A DNA stretch of 64,000 nt from Polyangiaceae bacterium (GTDB lineage Bacteria; Myxococcota_A; Polyangia; Polyangiales; Polyangiaceae), in NCBI GenBank assembly GCA_965222375.1, contig CBDCTZ010000008.1, positions 160,001 to 224,000 on the forward strand. The letters are read 5' to 3'. The notes under the pieces are model-generated. The model was not told where the DNA came from. It did no database searches and saw nothing but the letters and a program-made list of their open reading frames with translations. Position numbers and translations under genes: made by a program. Positions 1 through 9,462 of this stretch are shown here, piece after piece (position 1 is the first letter of the stretch; the number at the start of each line of letters is the position of its first letter).

Positions 1-95
1 CAGCGTCGAGAAGTTGTCGTCTTCGTTGGGGATGACAATGGCCACGGCGTCGCCAAGTCTATCCGAGTCCCTTCCAGACCCCTAGCGCCGAAGCA

Positions 96-1334
96 CTACT
101 TCGGCGGGTCTGGCGGCGCGAGATCTGGCGTGCAAGATCCCAAGGCGTTGCAGCGGAGAACCTGGGTCTGGCCCAAGCGGTCGCCAACCACGACGACGTC
201 ACCGTCGGGCCCAGTTTCCAGGGCAATCGCACGGAAGTCGCCAACGACTACGTCAACATCCGGCGTATCAGTCAATGGAAGCGCGTATCGCCTCAGCACT
301 GCGCGGAGCTTCTCCGGCGACTCGACGTGAACCGCAGCGGCGACGTACAGTCCGCCGGGCACGGCGAGCACGGCGTTGATCTCGTCCTGTCCAGACGACA
401 AATCGAGGTCGAGACTCCCCTTCAAATCCCCTCCCTGGCCGACTGTGAACACGACTCCACGGCGTTTTCCGGCGGTACCCACTGAACCAGTGACATAGAC
501 GTCCGCGTCCGTCGTCGACACGCTGGTGATGCTTAGCTCTTCCAACTCCGCCGGGAGCGATATCTGTGCAACTTCTTCTGCGATGCATGCGCAGGTACTT
601 GTACTGCAAGCGCCGTCACTCGCCTTGTGCAGCCGCAAGCTAGATTTGTCGGTCGAGGCAAACCAAACCAAACCGTTGTCCGCAGTTGCGCGGACACTGC
701 TGATGTTCGACCCCGAGAGCGTCAAGGCGCAGCTGCCGGCCGGGTTGATCTTGGCAGCCCAGACGGAGCCCGTGGCTGTTCCTGCTAGCCAAACCCCGCT
801 GGTACTCGAAGCTATGGACTGCACTTCGGGCTCTGAGGTCGGTAGCGTCAACGTCTCTTCGTTGATCACCAGGAGATCCAACTTGGAAAGCCGACTCAGG
901 AAGACTGCTTGAGGTTCCTTCACGTTGCCCACGACGTAGAGTACGTCCTGAAACAGCCTGGCGCCGACTGCGACGGCCTGGCTGCTCGCCCAAGGATGCG
1001 CTGAATCCACAACCTGCCCTTGGCAGACGTCCAAAGCGAATGCCCAGGTGTCTGCGACGCGCCCGGATTTCATCGGATTGGTCCCCACCGCGATCACGCG
1101 GTCGTCAGCGAACACCGCGGAAGCCGGACCACCTCCACTTACACTGGCGCCCCATGGACCACATTGGCTCACACATTGGCCGGCGATCTTTTGGGTGCCA
1201 ACGGGACACTCAACGGCGCAGCCATCACCGCAATCCTGGGAATTTGCGCCGGATCCTTGGTAGTCGAACTCGCTAGCCGTGCAGGCGGAAGTCACAACAG
1301 CCAGCCCGATCACACTCGACACCCATTGCCCCAT
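96..1334 (-). CDS. Hypothetical lipoprotein with Cys-rich N-terminus and probable beta-propeller-like body
   Basis: Start reassigned to ATG 1334 (MGQWVSSVIGLAVVTSAC: hydrophobic stretch plus lipobox); Cys-rich segment followed by repeated short beta-strand units. Confidence 0.65.
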   Translation of the reverse strand: MGQWVSSVIGLAVVTSACTASEFDYQGSGANSQDCGDGCAVECPVGTQKIAGQCVSQCGPWGASVSGGGPASAVFADDRVIAVGTNPMKSGRVADTWAFALDVCQGQVVDSAHPWASSQAVAVGARLFQDVLYVVGNVKEPQAVFLSRLSKLDLLVINEETLTLPTSEPEVQSIASSTSGVWLAGTATGSVWAAKINPAGSCALTLSGSNISSVRATADNGLVWFASTDKSSLRLHKASDGACSTSTCACIAEEVAQISLPAELEELSITSVSTTDADVYVTGSVGTAGKRRGVVFTVGQGGDLKGSLDLDLSSGQDEINAVLAVPGGLYVAAAVHVESPEKLRAVLRRYALPLTDTPDVDVVVGDFRAIALETGPDGDVVVVGDRLGQTQVLRCNALGSCTPDLAPPDPPK

Positions 1335-1495
1335 GCTGACTAAACATGAACCTGAATTCAGTTTACGCAAGGCGCCTCTCCTCCGAAACCCAAGAAACCT
1401 GAACAACGCACGCAGAAGCGGGATTCTTGGCCTTGGAGACCAAATTAGCTGGCCCGGCTCACGGGTGTTAGCCTGCAACTCGAGCGTTCAATGTC

Positions 1496-2977
1496 ATGAA
1501 GCCGGGCACAGTCATCGCCGGCAAGTACCGGCTCGTTCGTCGCCTCGGCGACGGCGCAATGGGCGCGGTGTGGGAAGCCGTTAACGAGCTCACCCAGCGG
1601 GCGTTTGCGATAAAGCTCATCCATGCCTCGGCAGTGGGGGGCGACGAGCTTCGAACCCGCATGATGCGCGAGGCACGCGCTGCAGGCCGTCTGCATCACC
1701 GGAACGTGATCGAGGTCTACGATGTCGGCGAAACTGACGACGGGGATCCGTTCTTGGTAATGGAACTCCTGCGCGGCGAGACCTTGGACGAGCTTCTGCA
1801 GCGCAAGCAACAGCTGCCTGTCAACCTGACGTGCGCCGTCGGAATCGAAGTCGCCCGCGCACTAGCAGCGGCACACGACGCCGGCATCATTCACCGGGAC
1901 CTCAAGCCGGCAAACATCTTTCTGCACCGTGAACCCGATCTCGGCGTCGTGGTGAAGGTACTGGACTTCGGGGTCAGCAAAGTCACTTCAGACCAGAACG
2001 CCTCTGCTACGACCACTGGCACCGCTATTGGTTCGCCAGCTTACATGAGCCCCGAGCAGGCTGTCGGCGCACCAGATATCGACGCGCGGAGCGACCTCTG
2101 GTCCGTTGGTGTGCTCCTACTGGAGGCGGCCTCGGGCACTCCCGCGTTCAAAGGCGACACTATCTACGCAATTGTTGGCAACATCCTCCACGGAGAGATC
2201 CCGCGGCTCGGTGCGCGGGCGCCCAATGTGGACTCGAGGCTGTCGGAGATCGTGAGTCGCTGCTTGGTCAGAGACCGTAGCGCGCGAATCCCGTCCGCCC
2301 GCGAACTAGCAGCACAACTCGAACTACTGCTGCCTTCCAGCGCCGAGGCGGTGCTCGAAGACCTCGAAGAGGAACCGACTTTGGCCAGGGAATCCCCAGC
2401 GGAAAAGCGCCAGGGACAGGATTCCGTCATCGCGACAAAACCCTATGTGCGCCATGTGGACCCTGCAGCGCCGGAGGAAGCACCAGGCGAATCTGCCGCC
2501 GCAGCGGGCTACCCATCGCCGCAACCTTCACTAGTGGAGATGCCACCGGGGAGTGTGACGGCCAGCGCATCCATTGGTCGCTCGAAGATCCCAGTGCCCC
2601 TGATCATCGGCGTGGCAGCCATGTTTGGCGCAGCCATTCTCGGTGTCGTCCTGATGGTGTCTCTGGCGAAGACGACCAAGCCGACAGCGCCTGCGACCAC
2701 CGTGGCTCCGGTTGTCGCCCCCCCCGCAACCATCGACCCTACTTCGACGTCAGCGCTCCTCGAACCCAGTGGGACCGCGGCGACGCCAGACGCTGCCACG
2801 GCCCCGGCAGAGAAGACTGCGCCAAAGGTAGAGCCCACAGCGCCGGCCGCGCCATCTACGAAAGCTGCTCCCAAACCGCAGAAACCGGTGCGTTGGACGC
2901 CCAAGCCCAAGACGTGTCCCAAGAATATGGTCTACTTCGACCCCGCGACAGGCAAGATGAAATGCCGGGGACGGTAG
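1496..2977 (+). CDS. Membrane-anchored Ser/Thr protein kinase (Hanks type)
   Basis: GDGAMGAV, AIK, HRDLKPAN, DFG, YMSPE and DLWSVG motifs; one TM helix; Pro/Ala-rich tail. Confidence 0.95.
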   Translation: MKPGTVIAGKYRLVRRLGDGAMGAVWEAVNELTQRAFAIKLIHASAVGGDELRTRMMREARAAGRLHHRNVIEVYDVGETDDGDPFLVMELLRGETLDELLQRKQQLPVNLTCAVGIEVARALAAAHDAGIIHRDLKPANIFLHREPDLGVVVKVLDFGVSKVTSDQNASATTTGTAIGSPAYMSPEQAVGAPDIDARSDLWSVGVLLLEAASGTPAFKGDTIYAIVGNILHGEIPRLGARAPNVDSRLSEIVSRCLVRDRSARIPSARELAAQLELLLPSSAEAVLEDLEEEPTLARESPAEKRQGQDSVIATKPYVRHVDPAAPEEAPGESAAAAGYPSPQPSLVEMPPGSVTASASIGRSKIPVPLIIGVAAMFGAAILGVVLMVSLAKTTKPTAPATTVAPVVAPPATIDPTSTSALLEPSGTAATPDAATAPAEKTAPKVEPTAPAAPSTKAAPKPQKPVRWTPKPKTCPKNMVYFDPATGKMKCRGR

Positions 2978-2984
2978 CGCTCAT

Positions 2985-3941
2985 CTAGAAGCGCAAGCGC
3001 GCGCTCCCTGCAGCGCCGCCAGGCAACGGCATCGCGCTGACCTGAACCTTCTCCTCGCTCGGTAACGTCAACCACAAGGTGGCCCCGGAGATCACCGCAG
3101 CTGCGCCGACCCCGAACAAGACGTTGCGCACCACCAGAGCCGTGTCAGCGGCATCTCGCGCGTCTCGGTGTTTCGGATCTGTCTGGGTTTCGGCGGGGCA
3201 GGTCCAACCGTCACCGGTTCGCGTGCACTTCGACGCCGCTTGTTCGAGCTTGTTGTTACGGTAGACGTGAAAGACCAGGCCTCCGGTCAATGCAGCGGCC
3301 CCGACTCCACCCAAGATCACGGACAGGGTCGGCGGGCGACTCGCGCTAGCGGGTGGCGCGCTTTCTCGCCTCACGTCGGGCTGATTCTGCGTTCCTGCCT
3401 TGAAGTGAACAGCAACCCCTGTCGATTGCCCCGCATGCACACGGACGATGCGGACGAATGTCGGCTCCCTAGGCGCCGAAACGAGTAGACGATGTTCGCC
3501 GGGCTTCACCTCAATTTCACCGCCTTTGGGCGTAACGGGGCGGCCATCGACCGAAACACTGACGTTCTTGCCAGGGGGAAGGACCAGCGCGATGCGCCCC
3601 ACCTTGTCTTGAAGTTCCCCGAGGGCCTGTTCGGATAGCAGGACAATGTCTTCTGCTCCCTCCTTCTTGGCCAACTCCTTGGCACGCGTAAATTGCGCGC
3701 GGGCAACGCTGGCATTGCCCGCGTTGCGCTCTGCTTGAGCCCAGTTGAAAATTGTGACTGCCGTGGGCCGGAGGGCAGCGGCTTCCGCGAACTTCTTCGC
3801 AGCTTGGTCCCACTTTCCCTCGGAAGCCAGGGCGTTTGCCGCTTCATACGCGGCATCGAAGGGCTTGGCTTCGATTTGCGCTAGGGCAGAGTTAGAGATG
3901 CTGACCGCGAACAAAAGCCCAATAACGAGTCTCGCCCTCAT
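2985..3941 (-). CDS. Secreted TPR + PEGA domain protein
   Basis: Signal peptide from ATG 3941 (MRARLVIG...ALA); TPR-like helices; PEGA-like VSVDG...VKPGEHRL; two Gly-rich hydrophobic segments; ends in RF. Confidence 0.75.
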   Translation of the reverse strand: MRARLVIGLLFAVSISNSALAQIEAKPFDAAYEAANALASEGKWDQAAKKFAEAAALRPTAVTIFNWAQAERNAGNASVARAQFTRAKELAKKEGAEDIVLLSEQALGELQDKVGRIALVLPPGKNVSVSVDGRPVTPKGGEIEVKPGEHRLLVSAPREPTFVRIVRVHAGQSTGVAVHFKAGTQNQPDVRRESAPPASASRPPTLSVILGGVGAAALTGGLVFHVYRNNKLEQAASKCTRTGDGWTCPAETQTDPKHRDARDAADTALVVRNVLFGVGAAAVISGATLWLTLPSEEKVQVSAMPLPGGAAGSARLRF

Positions 3942-4067
3942 GATAAATAACCAGTGTAACACGCGGATCCTCATTGACTAGGGGCGCGCCCATTCAGGTT
4001 TCCCAAGTTCTGCGGTCTTTCCGTCTTTGCGTTCGAGATGGCCTTTCGTTTAGGTTTTCTTGAAGCG

Positions 4068-5264
4068 ATGCGCATCAACTCGCCGTTGACTCTGGTCGCC
4101 GCGTTCGCGCTGGCAGCGTTCGCATGCACACCAGCTGGCCCCGTTGCGAACACCGCCCAGGCAGCGAAAAGTGCCAATCCCCCGGGCCCGCCCTCGCCCA
4201 TCCCAGCGAACGCTGCGTCAACTGAAGGCCTTGATGTTCAGGCCGACGCAGCCTACGCACTGGGCGAGACCGAGGACGAAATAGAAGACGGCGCCGAGCC
4301 GCACACGGTGATTCAAGGTCGAGTAGCCAAGCACCCCTTGGATGGACGCTCGGACGCTGACGTGGCCAAGAGCATCGCTGAGGATCCTACTTCCCTTGGA
4401 TCTCTTTCGCTGGGGCAGCCCGGAGCGGGCAGATTGATCGCCGGCGTCACTATGCCCGAAACCCCAGGCCTCGAGATAGTGGACCCGGCCCACTGTTGGG
4501 GCACTCAAGAAACCATCGAGTACTTGCGTAGAGCCGTGAGCGTGGTTCGGGAGCAATTCCCCGCAGCGCACCCGCTCTATCTCGGCCACATCAGTGCAAA
4601 GCATGGCGGCCCGCTGCGCCCGCACAAGAGCCACCAGTCCGGCCGGGATGTGGACATCAGCTACTACTACTTGGGCAATGCCGCGCGCTGGTACGCCCGA
4701 GCCAACCAACGGAACTTGGACGTCGAAAAGACTTGGGCGTTCGTACGCGCACTGATCGAGCACACCGACGTGAACCTGATCTTGATCGACTACGGATTGC
4801 AGCGGCTGTTGCGAAAGCACGCCGAACACATCGGCGAGGACCCGGGATGGCTGGACAGCGTTTTTCGTGGAGTCCCGGGCAAGCTGCGCCCACTGATCGT
4901 GCACGCCAAAGGCCACGCAACGCATATGCACATACGATTCTTCAACCCCATCGCTCAAGAAAGCGCTCGTCGCGCGTATGCGACGCTGATCCAGCTAGGT
5001 CTCGCGGAGCCTCCCGTCAAGTTCACCTTTCATCGCGTGAAACGTGGCGAAACCCTCGGCATGCTGGCGCGCAAGTACCGTACGACGGTGACCGAAATCC
5101 GAAAGGCGAACGGGCTTCGTTCGACGAAGATCATCGCGAAGAAGCGCTATCGGATCCCGAAGCGCGTAGCGCTTCGCAACGTCCCCCGAGTCGCCATACC
5201 GGAGCGGCGTAAGCCACCGAGAGCGGCGGCAAAAACCCCTGCCAAAGCGCTTTCCGGAAGCTGA
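4068..5264 (+). CDS. Penicillin-insensitive murein endopeptidase (MepA family) lipoprotein with C-terminal LysM
   Basis: Lipobox AFAC; HKSHQSGRDVD and HATHMHIR zinc motifs; LysM HRVKRGETLGMLARKY...IRKANGL; start at ATG 4068 (4038 also possible). Confidence 0.85.
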   Translation: MRINSPLTLVAAFALAAFACTPAGPVANTAQAAKSANPPGPPSPIPANAASTEGLDVQADAAYALGETEDEIEDGAEPHTVIQGRVAKHPLDGRSDADVAKSIAEDPTSLGSLSLGQPGAGRLIAGVTMPETPGLEIVDPAHCWGTQETIEYLRRAVSVVREQFPAAHPLYLGHISAKHGGPLRPHKSHQSGRDVDISYYYLGNAARWYARANQRNLDVEKTWAFVRALIEHTDVNLILIDYGLQRLLRKHAEHIGEDPGWLDSVFRGVPGKLRPLIVHAKGHATHMHIRFFNPIAQESARRAYATLIQLGLAEPPVKFTFHRVKRGETLGMLARKYRTTVTEIRKANGLRSTKIIAKKRYRIPKRVALRNVPRVAIPERRKPPRAAAKTPAKALSGS

Positions 5265-5303
5265 CTTTACGCCCCTGAGATTCGGAGCTACTCGACCCGG
5301 GCC

Positions 5304-6188
5304 TTGGCGCGACCGCTACAGTTCAAATCCCGGGTACGGCTGCCACCGGACAACCTGGACACGGAACCCCGCTCGAGCCGGCGGCTCTCGGTTTCAATCT
5401 TGGGCGCCCTTTCCTACACGGCCTTGGCAGGCGGCGCTTGGGCGCTGGGTACGGATCAAGTTCCCGTGGAAGCGTGGCTGGATCGCGCGCTCGCCGAACC
5501 CGTTCGGAGCGATAGACTCACCAAGGGCGAGCTAACTCCGATTCACAGCAAGCCTGCGCGGCTCGAAGCGACGTTTCCGCCAGCCGTCCCCGCCGAGATC
5601 CAGGTGCCGGCAGCGCTCGGTGCGGAGCTGCTATCGGCCCCTCTGCCCCTAGACCCAGAGGTCGGGGCTTCGAAGCCGACTCCAGATCCGGATTTCGAAC
5701 CCGCGCCGCCAGCGCCCTCGGCCCCGGCCGTCGAACGGAGCGGGCCAGTAGCCCGTTCCGTCGAGCAACCGGCCACGGTCAGTCCTCCGCTCACCACCCC
5801 ACAGGCGCCGCCTGCACCACCTCCGCCAGTGCCAGCGCCGCCACCGGCCAAACCAGCGCCAGCCGTTCGAATCAGCAGTGGCCCGAGTTGTGAAGCGGCG
5901 CAGGCGGCGTACCGCGAAGAGATCGTGATCGGGGCGCCACGCGCCCCTGACTTGCCGCGAGAAGCTCTGGCCGCGGTATTGAACAGCGGCAGCGTGCTTG
6001 CTGGCTGCAGCGTCCCCGACTCGATGAAGCTCGAAATCTGCGCGGCGATACAGCGCGGTCGCGCGGTGGGCGTAACGGTTACGACGCGCCCCGGCAGCCG
6101 ACGTGTCTCGGCGTGCGTCGCCTCCAAGGTGCGTGGCCTCCGCTTTCCGAGTAGTCCGCACCTAGACGTTGCCCGGACCCGGTTCTAG
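5304..6188 (+). CDS. Hypothetical membrane-anchored Pro-rich protein with small Cys-containing C-terminal domain (TonB-C/AgmX-like by appearance)
   Basis: One hydrophobic helix, long Pro-rich linker, C-terminal alpha/beta domain CVASKVRGLRFP; start uncertain. Confidence 0.6.
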   Translation: MARPLQFKSRVRLPPDNLDTEPRSSRRLSVSILGALSYTALAGGAWALGTDQVPVEAWLDRALAEPVRSDRLTKGELTPIHSKPARLEATFPPAVPAEIQVPAALGAELLSAPLPLDPEVGASKPTPDPDFEPAPPAPSAPAVERSGPVARSVEQPATVSPPLTTPQAPPAPPPPVPAPPPAKPAPAVRISSGPSCEAAQAAYREEIVIGAPRAPDLPREALAAVLNSGSVLAGCSVPDSMKLEICAAIQRGRAVGVTVTTRPGSRRVSACVASKVRGLRFPSSPHLDVARTRF

Positions 6189-6877
6189 CTGGCCTCGTCG
6201 CCCCGAAGCGGAGGAAAAGACGGGTTGGTTTGGCGCACATCGCCGAGCGGTGCGCTCTCTCCCCCGTAGGCATGTCCGGGGTAGAGCACGATGTCGTCAT
6301 CCAGAGTTGCCAGACGCTGGGTCAAGGTCCGGCGCATCTCTTCTGGATCCCCGCCCGGCAGGTCCACTCGACCGCAGCCTTGCAAGAACAGCGTGTCCCC
6401 AGCGAGTAGCGAGCCTTTGACACGGAAACAGGACGATCCTGGCGTGTGCCCTGGGGTGTGCAGGAGTTCGACTTGGACTTCACCAACCTGGATCTTGTCC
6501 CCAGAATCATGGGGCGATACGTCGGAGCGCGACAACCCCGCGACCTTGGCAATACCTTCCGCTTCGAGGCGATGCGCGTGCACCGGGCACGGAGCCAGCT
6601 CCATCAAGCTGGACAGGCCGTCCACGCTGAAGCCAAACATCGACCCGCCAATATGGTCAGGGTGATAGTGGGTGGCTAGGGCTCCGACGATTCGGTAGCC
6701 TTCGGCCTTCGCCACATCCACGATCCCGGCAACATCCCAAGCTGGGTCGATGACCAGGCAGTCGCGACTGTCCGAGTCTCCAACCAAGTAGATGAAGTTC
6801 TGCATCCCGGCACCGATCTGATCCTCTTTCGCCACATCCCGACCGACCAGTAACTGCTTCAAATAGAACGAGCCCAT
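6185..6877 (-). CDS. MBL-fold metallo-hydrolase (glyoxalase II/HAGH-like)
   Basis: THYHPDHIGG, HTPGHTPGS, GDTLF, PGH motifs; start at ATG 6877 (MGSFYLKQLL). Confidence 0.9.
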   Translation of the reverse strand: MGSFYLKQLLVGRDVAKEDQIGAGMQNFIYLVGDSDSRDCLVIDPAWDVAGIVDVAKAEGYRIVGALATHYHPDHIGGSMFGFSVDGLSSLMELAPCPVHAHRLEAEGIAKVAGLSRSDVSPHDSGDKIQVGEVQVELLHTPGHTPGSSCFRVKGSLLAGDTLFLQGCGRVDLPGGDPEEMRRTLTQRLATLDDDIVLYPGHAYGGESAPLGDVRQTNPSFPPLRGDEAS

Positions 6878-6923
6878 GACCGAGGCAGCATTGCACAAGC
6901 TTCGCGAGTCGGTAAGACCGCCG

Positions 6924-7685
6924 TTGTCTCGGCGAGCTTTTGTGGTGGGTAGCAGCGCCTGCCTGCTGGGGTGTCGGAGAGACGATGCAGAGCTACTCGT
7001 TTTCGCCGCCGCCAGCCTAGCGCCCTTTCTCGAAGCGAGTTCGGGGAGCTTCCGAATCTCTTCGGCAGCGCCAACGCTACGTTTCAACTTCGGAGGTTCG
7101 GCTCGCCTTGCGCGTCAGCTCTTGGCCGCCCCCCGGGGCGATCTGTTCATTTCCGCGGGCCGACACGACCTCGCAGAACTGATCCAGGCGAAGCTCGTGG
7201 CAGTCTCGGACATTCAGATCCTGTTTGGAAACCGACTGGCCCTGGTGGCGCCAAAGGGCTCCAAGCAATCCTCCGCGGATCCAAGAGCGCTGTTGCTTTC
7301 GACGGATTCGGTGATCAGCATTGCCGACCCCGAAGCCGCCCCGCTGGGACGCTACACGAAAGCCTGGCTCTCTGCACTCAGTCCAACGCTATGGCAGCAG
7401 CTATCGCCACGACTGTCACCGATGCCCGACGCCCGCGCGGCTTTGGCGCAAGTGGAACGGCGCCCAAATGCCCTGGGCATCGTCTATCGCAGCGATGCAC
7501 TCGGTTCCCCACGGCTCAGAGTTCTGCACGAAGTGGGAGACGAGCCCCGCATCGAGTATGTCGCGGCGGTTATCAACGGGCGACCACACGCTGCAGCAGC
7601 GCGCGAGTTCATGGCCCATCTCTCGGGGCAACAAGCTCGACGCCTGTATCGCAAACTCGGCTTCGTCGAGGCGTCGGCAGGGTAG
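6924..7685 (+). CDS. modA: Molybdate ABC transporter substrate-binding lipoprotein
   Basis: FAAASL, FGGSARLARQ, DLFISA, APLGRY, GIVYRSDA; directly upstream of modB and modC; start uncertain (TTG 6924 preferred; ORF opens at 6876). Confidence 0.88.
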   Translation: MSRRAFVVGSSACLLGCRRDDAELLVFAAASLAPFLEASSGSFRISSAAPTLRFNFGGSARLARQLLAAPRGDLFISAGRHDLAELIQAKLVAVSDIQILFGNRLALVAPKGSKQSSADPRALLLSTDSVISIADPEAAPLGRYTKAWLSALSPTLWQQLSPRLSPMPDARAALAQVERRPNALGIVYRSDALGSPRLRVLHEVGDEPRIEYVAAVINGRPHAAAAREFMAHLSGQQARRLYRKLGFVEASAG

Positions 7686-7687
7686 GC

Positions 7688-8350
7688 ATGCTGGGCAGCG
7701 TAGATGCCGTGCTCCTCGTGAGCCTGAAGGTTGCGTTCATCGCGACCTTGGTGGTGATGCTGCCGGGCACCCTATTCGGCTACGTGCTGAGTCGCTTCCA
7801 ATTCTTCGGCAAGCGCTTGTTCTCCGCGGCAGTGCTCACTCCTCTGGTCCTGCCTCCTACGGCAGTGGGCTTCCTGCTGCTCGAGCTGTTGTCAGATCAG
7901 GGCGCGCTGGGCGTGGGTCGCCTCGGCTTCGATCTGGGGCTCCTCCTCACTTGGAGGGGAGCGGTGATTGCTTCAGCCCTGATGGCTTTGCCCTTGGTCG
8001 TGCGCACGGCCCGAGTCACCTTCGATGGGCTCGACCCACGCTACGAAGCCGTCGCTCAAACCCTGGGCTACAGTCGCACTGCCGCCGTCGTGCGCTTCGT
8101 GCTGCCGGCCGCGTCCCGGGGGCTCACCGCCGCTGCGCTTTTGGCCTTTGCTCGCTCATTGGGGGAATTCGGGGCCACGGTCATGGTCGCTGGCAACATC
8201 CCGGGCAAGACGCAGACCTTGGCGTCGGCCATGTGGACGGCGGAGCAAGCCGGGCGCACTGCAGACGCCCGCGTGCTGCTCGGAGTGGCCCTCGGCATCG
8301 GTCTTTTGGCTACGCTTCTTGCTGACCGCTTTTCGTCGAGGGATGCATGA
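7688..8350 (+). CDS. modB: Molybdate ABC transporter permease
   Basis: PLVLPPTAVGF and FARSLGEFGATVMVAGNIPGKTQTL motifs; ATG 7688 follows the modA stop. Confidence 0.93.
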   Translation: MLGSVDAVLLVSLKVAFIATLVVMLPGTLFGYVLSRFQFFGKRLFSAAVLTPLVLPPTAVGFLLLELLSDQGALGVGRLGFDLGLLLTWRGAVIASALMALPLVVRTARVTFDGLDPRYEAVAQTLGYSRTAAVVRFVLPAASRGLTAAALLAFARSLGEFGATVMVAGNIPGKTQTLASAMWTAEQAGRTADARVLLGVALGIGLLATLLADRFSSRDA

Positions 8351-9432
8351 TGCTCGAGATCGACGTCCACACCGCCTTCCACGACTTTTCTTTGTCGGTC
8401 CAGGCAGAGCTTGAGCATCGAGCCACGGGGGTATTCGGCCCTTCCGGTGCGGGAAAATCGACACTGCTCGAAGCCGTCGCGGGCATACGCACGGCGCGCG
8501 GGCGGGTCAGCTTGGACGACACGGTTTTCTTCGATTCGGACGCCGGAACCGTGCTTCCGCCGGGCAAGCGCGACGTCGGCTGGGTCCCCCAGGACGCGCT
8601 GCTGTTTCCGGGAAACGTCGCCAAGAATCTCTCCGCCGGCACGATGCGCGCGCGGCGACGAGGCATCGACGACAAGAGCCTCACCCAAGAAGTCATCGAT
8701 ACTCTGTCTCTCGCCCCGCTGCTTGGGCGCGATGTGCGAACCCTCTCTGGAGGCGAGCGCCGCCGCGTCGCCTTGGCCCGCGCGCTCTGCTCCGCACCCC
8801 GGCTACTGCTCCTCGACGAACCCTTCAGCGGACTCGACCGCGCGTTGAGTCGGCGCTTGGTCTTGTTCATGCGCTCGGCGACCCAACGTTTCGAGCAGCC
8901 ACTTCTGCTGGTCACCCACGATCCCGTGGAAGCACTGCTACTTTGCGACTGGTTGCTGGTGCTGGGGAAAGGTCGCGTCGTCGAACAAGGGGCGCCGCGC
9001 ACTCTCCTGTCGCAGCAGAAGGTCGCCGCCAGCCTGCCCGAAAGCGGCTATGAAAACGCTTGGTCCGCCAAAGTCACTGCTTGCGATGGTATCGAGTGTC
9101 GCCTGGCGGTGGCGCCGGACGTAGAACTTGCGGGCACCACGAGCCGCGACTTTGGAGCACAGGTGGGGCAGTCCGCAGTGGTCGAAGTGAGCGCCCGAGA
9201 CGTGATTCTGGCGCGAGCGCGCCCCGACGGCATTTCCGCGCGCAATTGTCTACTCGGCAGCGTCACCTCTCTCGCAGACCACACGGGACACGTCCTCGTA
9301 GGAGTACGGCTCGGGGCGGCTACCACCATCTTCAGCGAGGTCAGTCACGCTGCCGTGCGCGAGTTGGAGCTCGCGGCTGATTCGCCCGTGACGGTCGTGA
9401 TCAAGGCCAGCTCCTGCCGCGCCCACGCTTGA
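8347..9432 (+). CDS. modC: Molybdate ABC transporter ATP-binding protein with TOBE/Mop domains
   Basis: GPSGAGKST, LSGGE, LLLLDEP, VTH; ISARN and IKASS Mop motifs; ATGA overlap with modB. Confidence 0.93.
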   Translation: MMLEIDVHTAFHDFSLSVQAELEHRATGVFGPSGAGKSTLLEAVAGIRTARGRVSLDDTVFFDSDAGTVLPPGKRDVGWVPQDALLFPGNVAKNLSAGTMRARRRGIDDKSLTQEVIDTLSLAPLLGRDVRTLSGGERRRVALARALCSAPRLLLLDEPFSGLDRALSRRLVLFMRSATQRFEQPLLLVTHDPVEALLLCDWLLVLGKGRVVEQGAPRTLLSQQKVAASLPESGYENAWSAKVTACDGIECRLAVAPDVELAGTTSRDFGAQVGQSAVVEVSARDVILARARPDGISARNCLLGSVTSLADHTGHVLVGVRLGAATTIFSEVSHAAVRELELAADSPVTVVIKASSCRAHA

Positions 9433-9462
9433 TTCTCAGTTCGCTGGTATGGCAGCGGTCCC

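Noticed and set aside
1..45. Start of a minus-strand gene leaving the window (VAIVIPNEDDNFSTL)
   Set aside because: Only 15 codons visible; cannot be supported or identified
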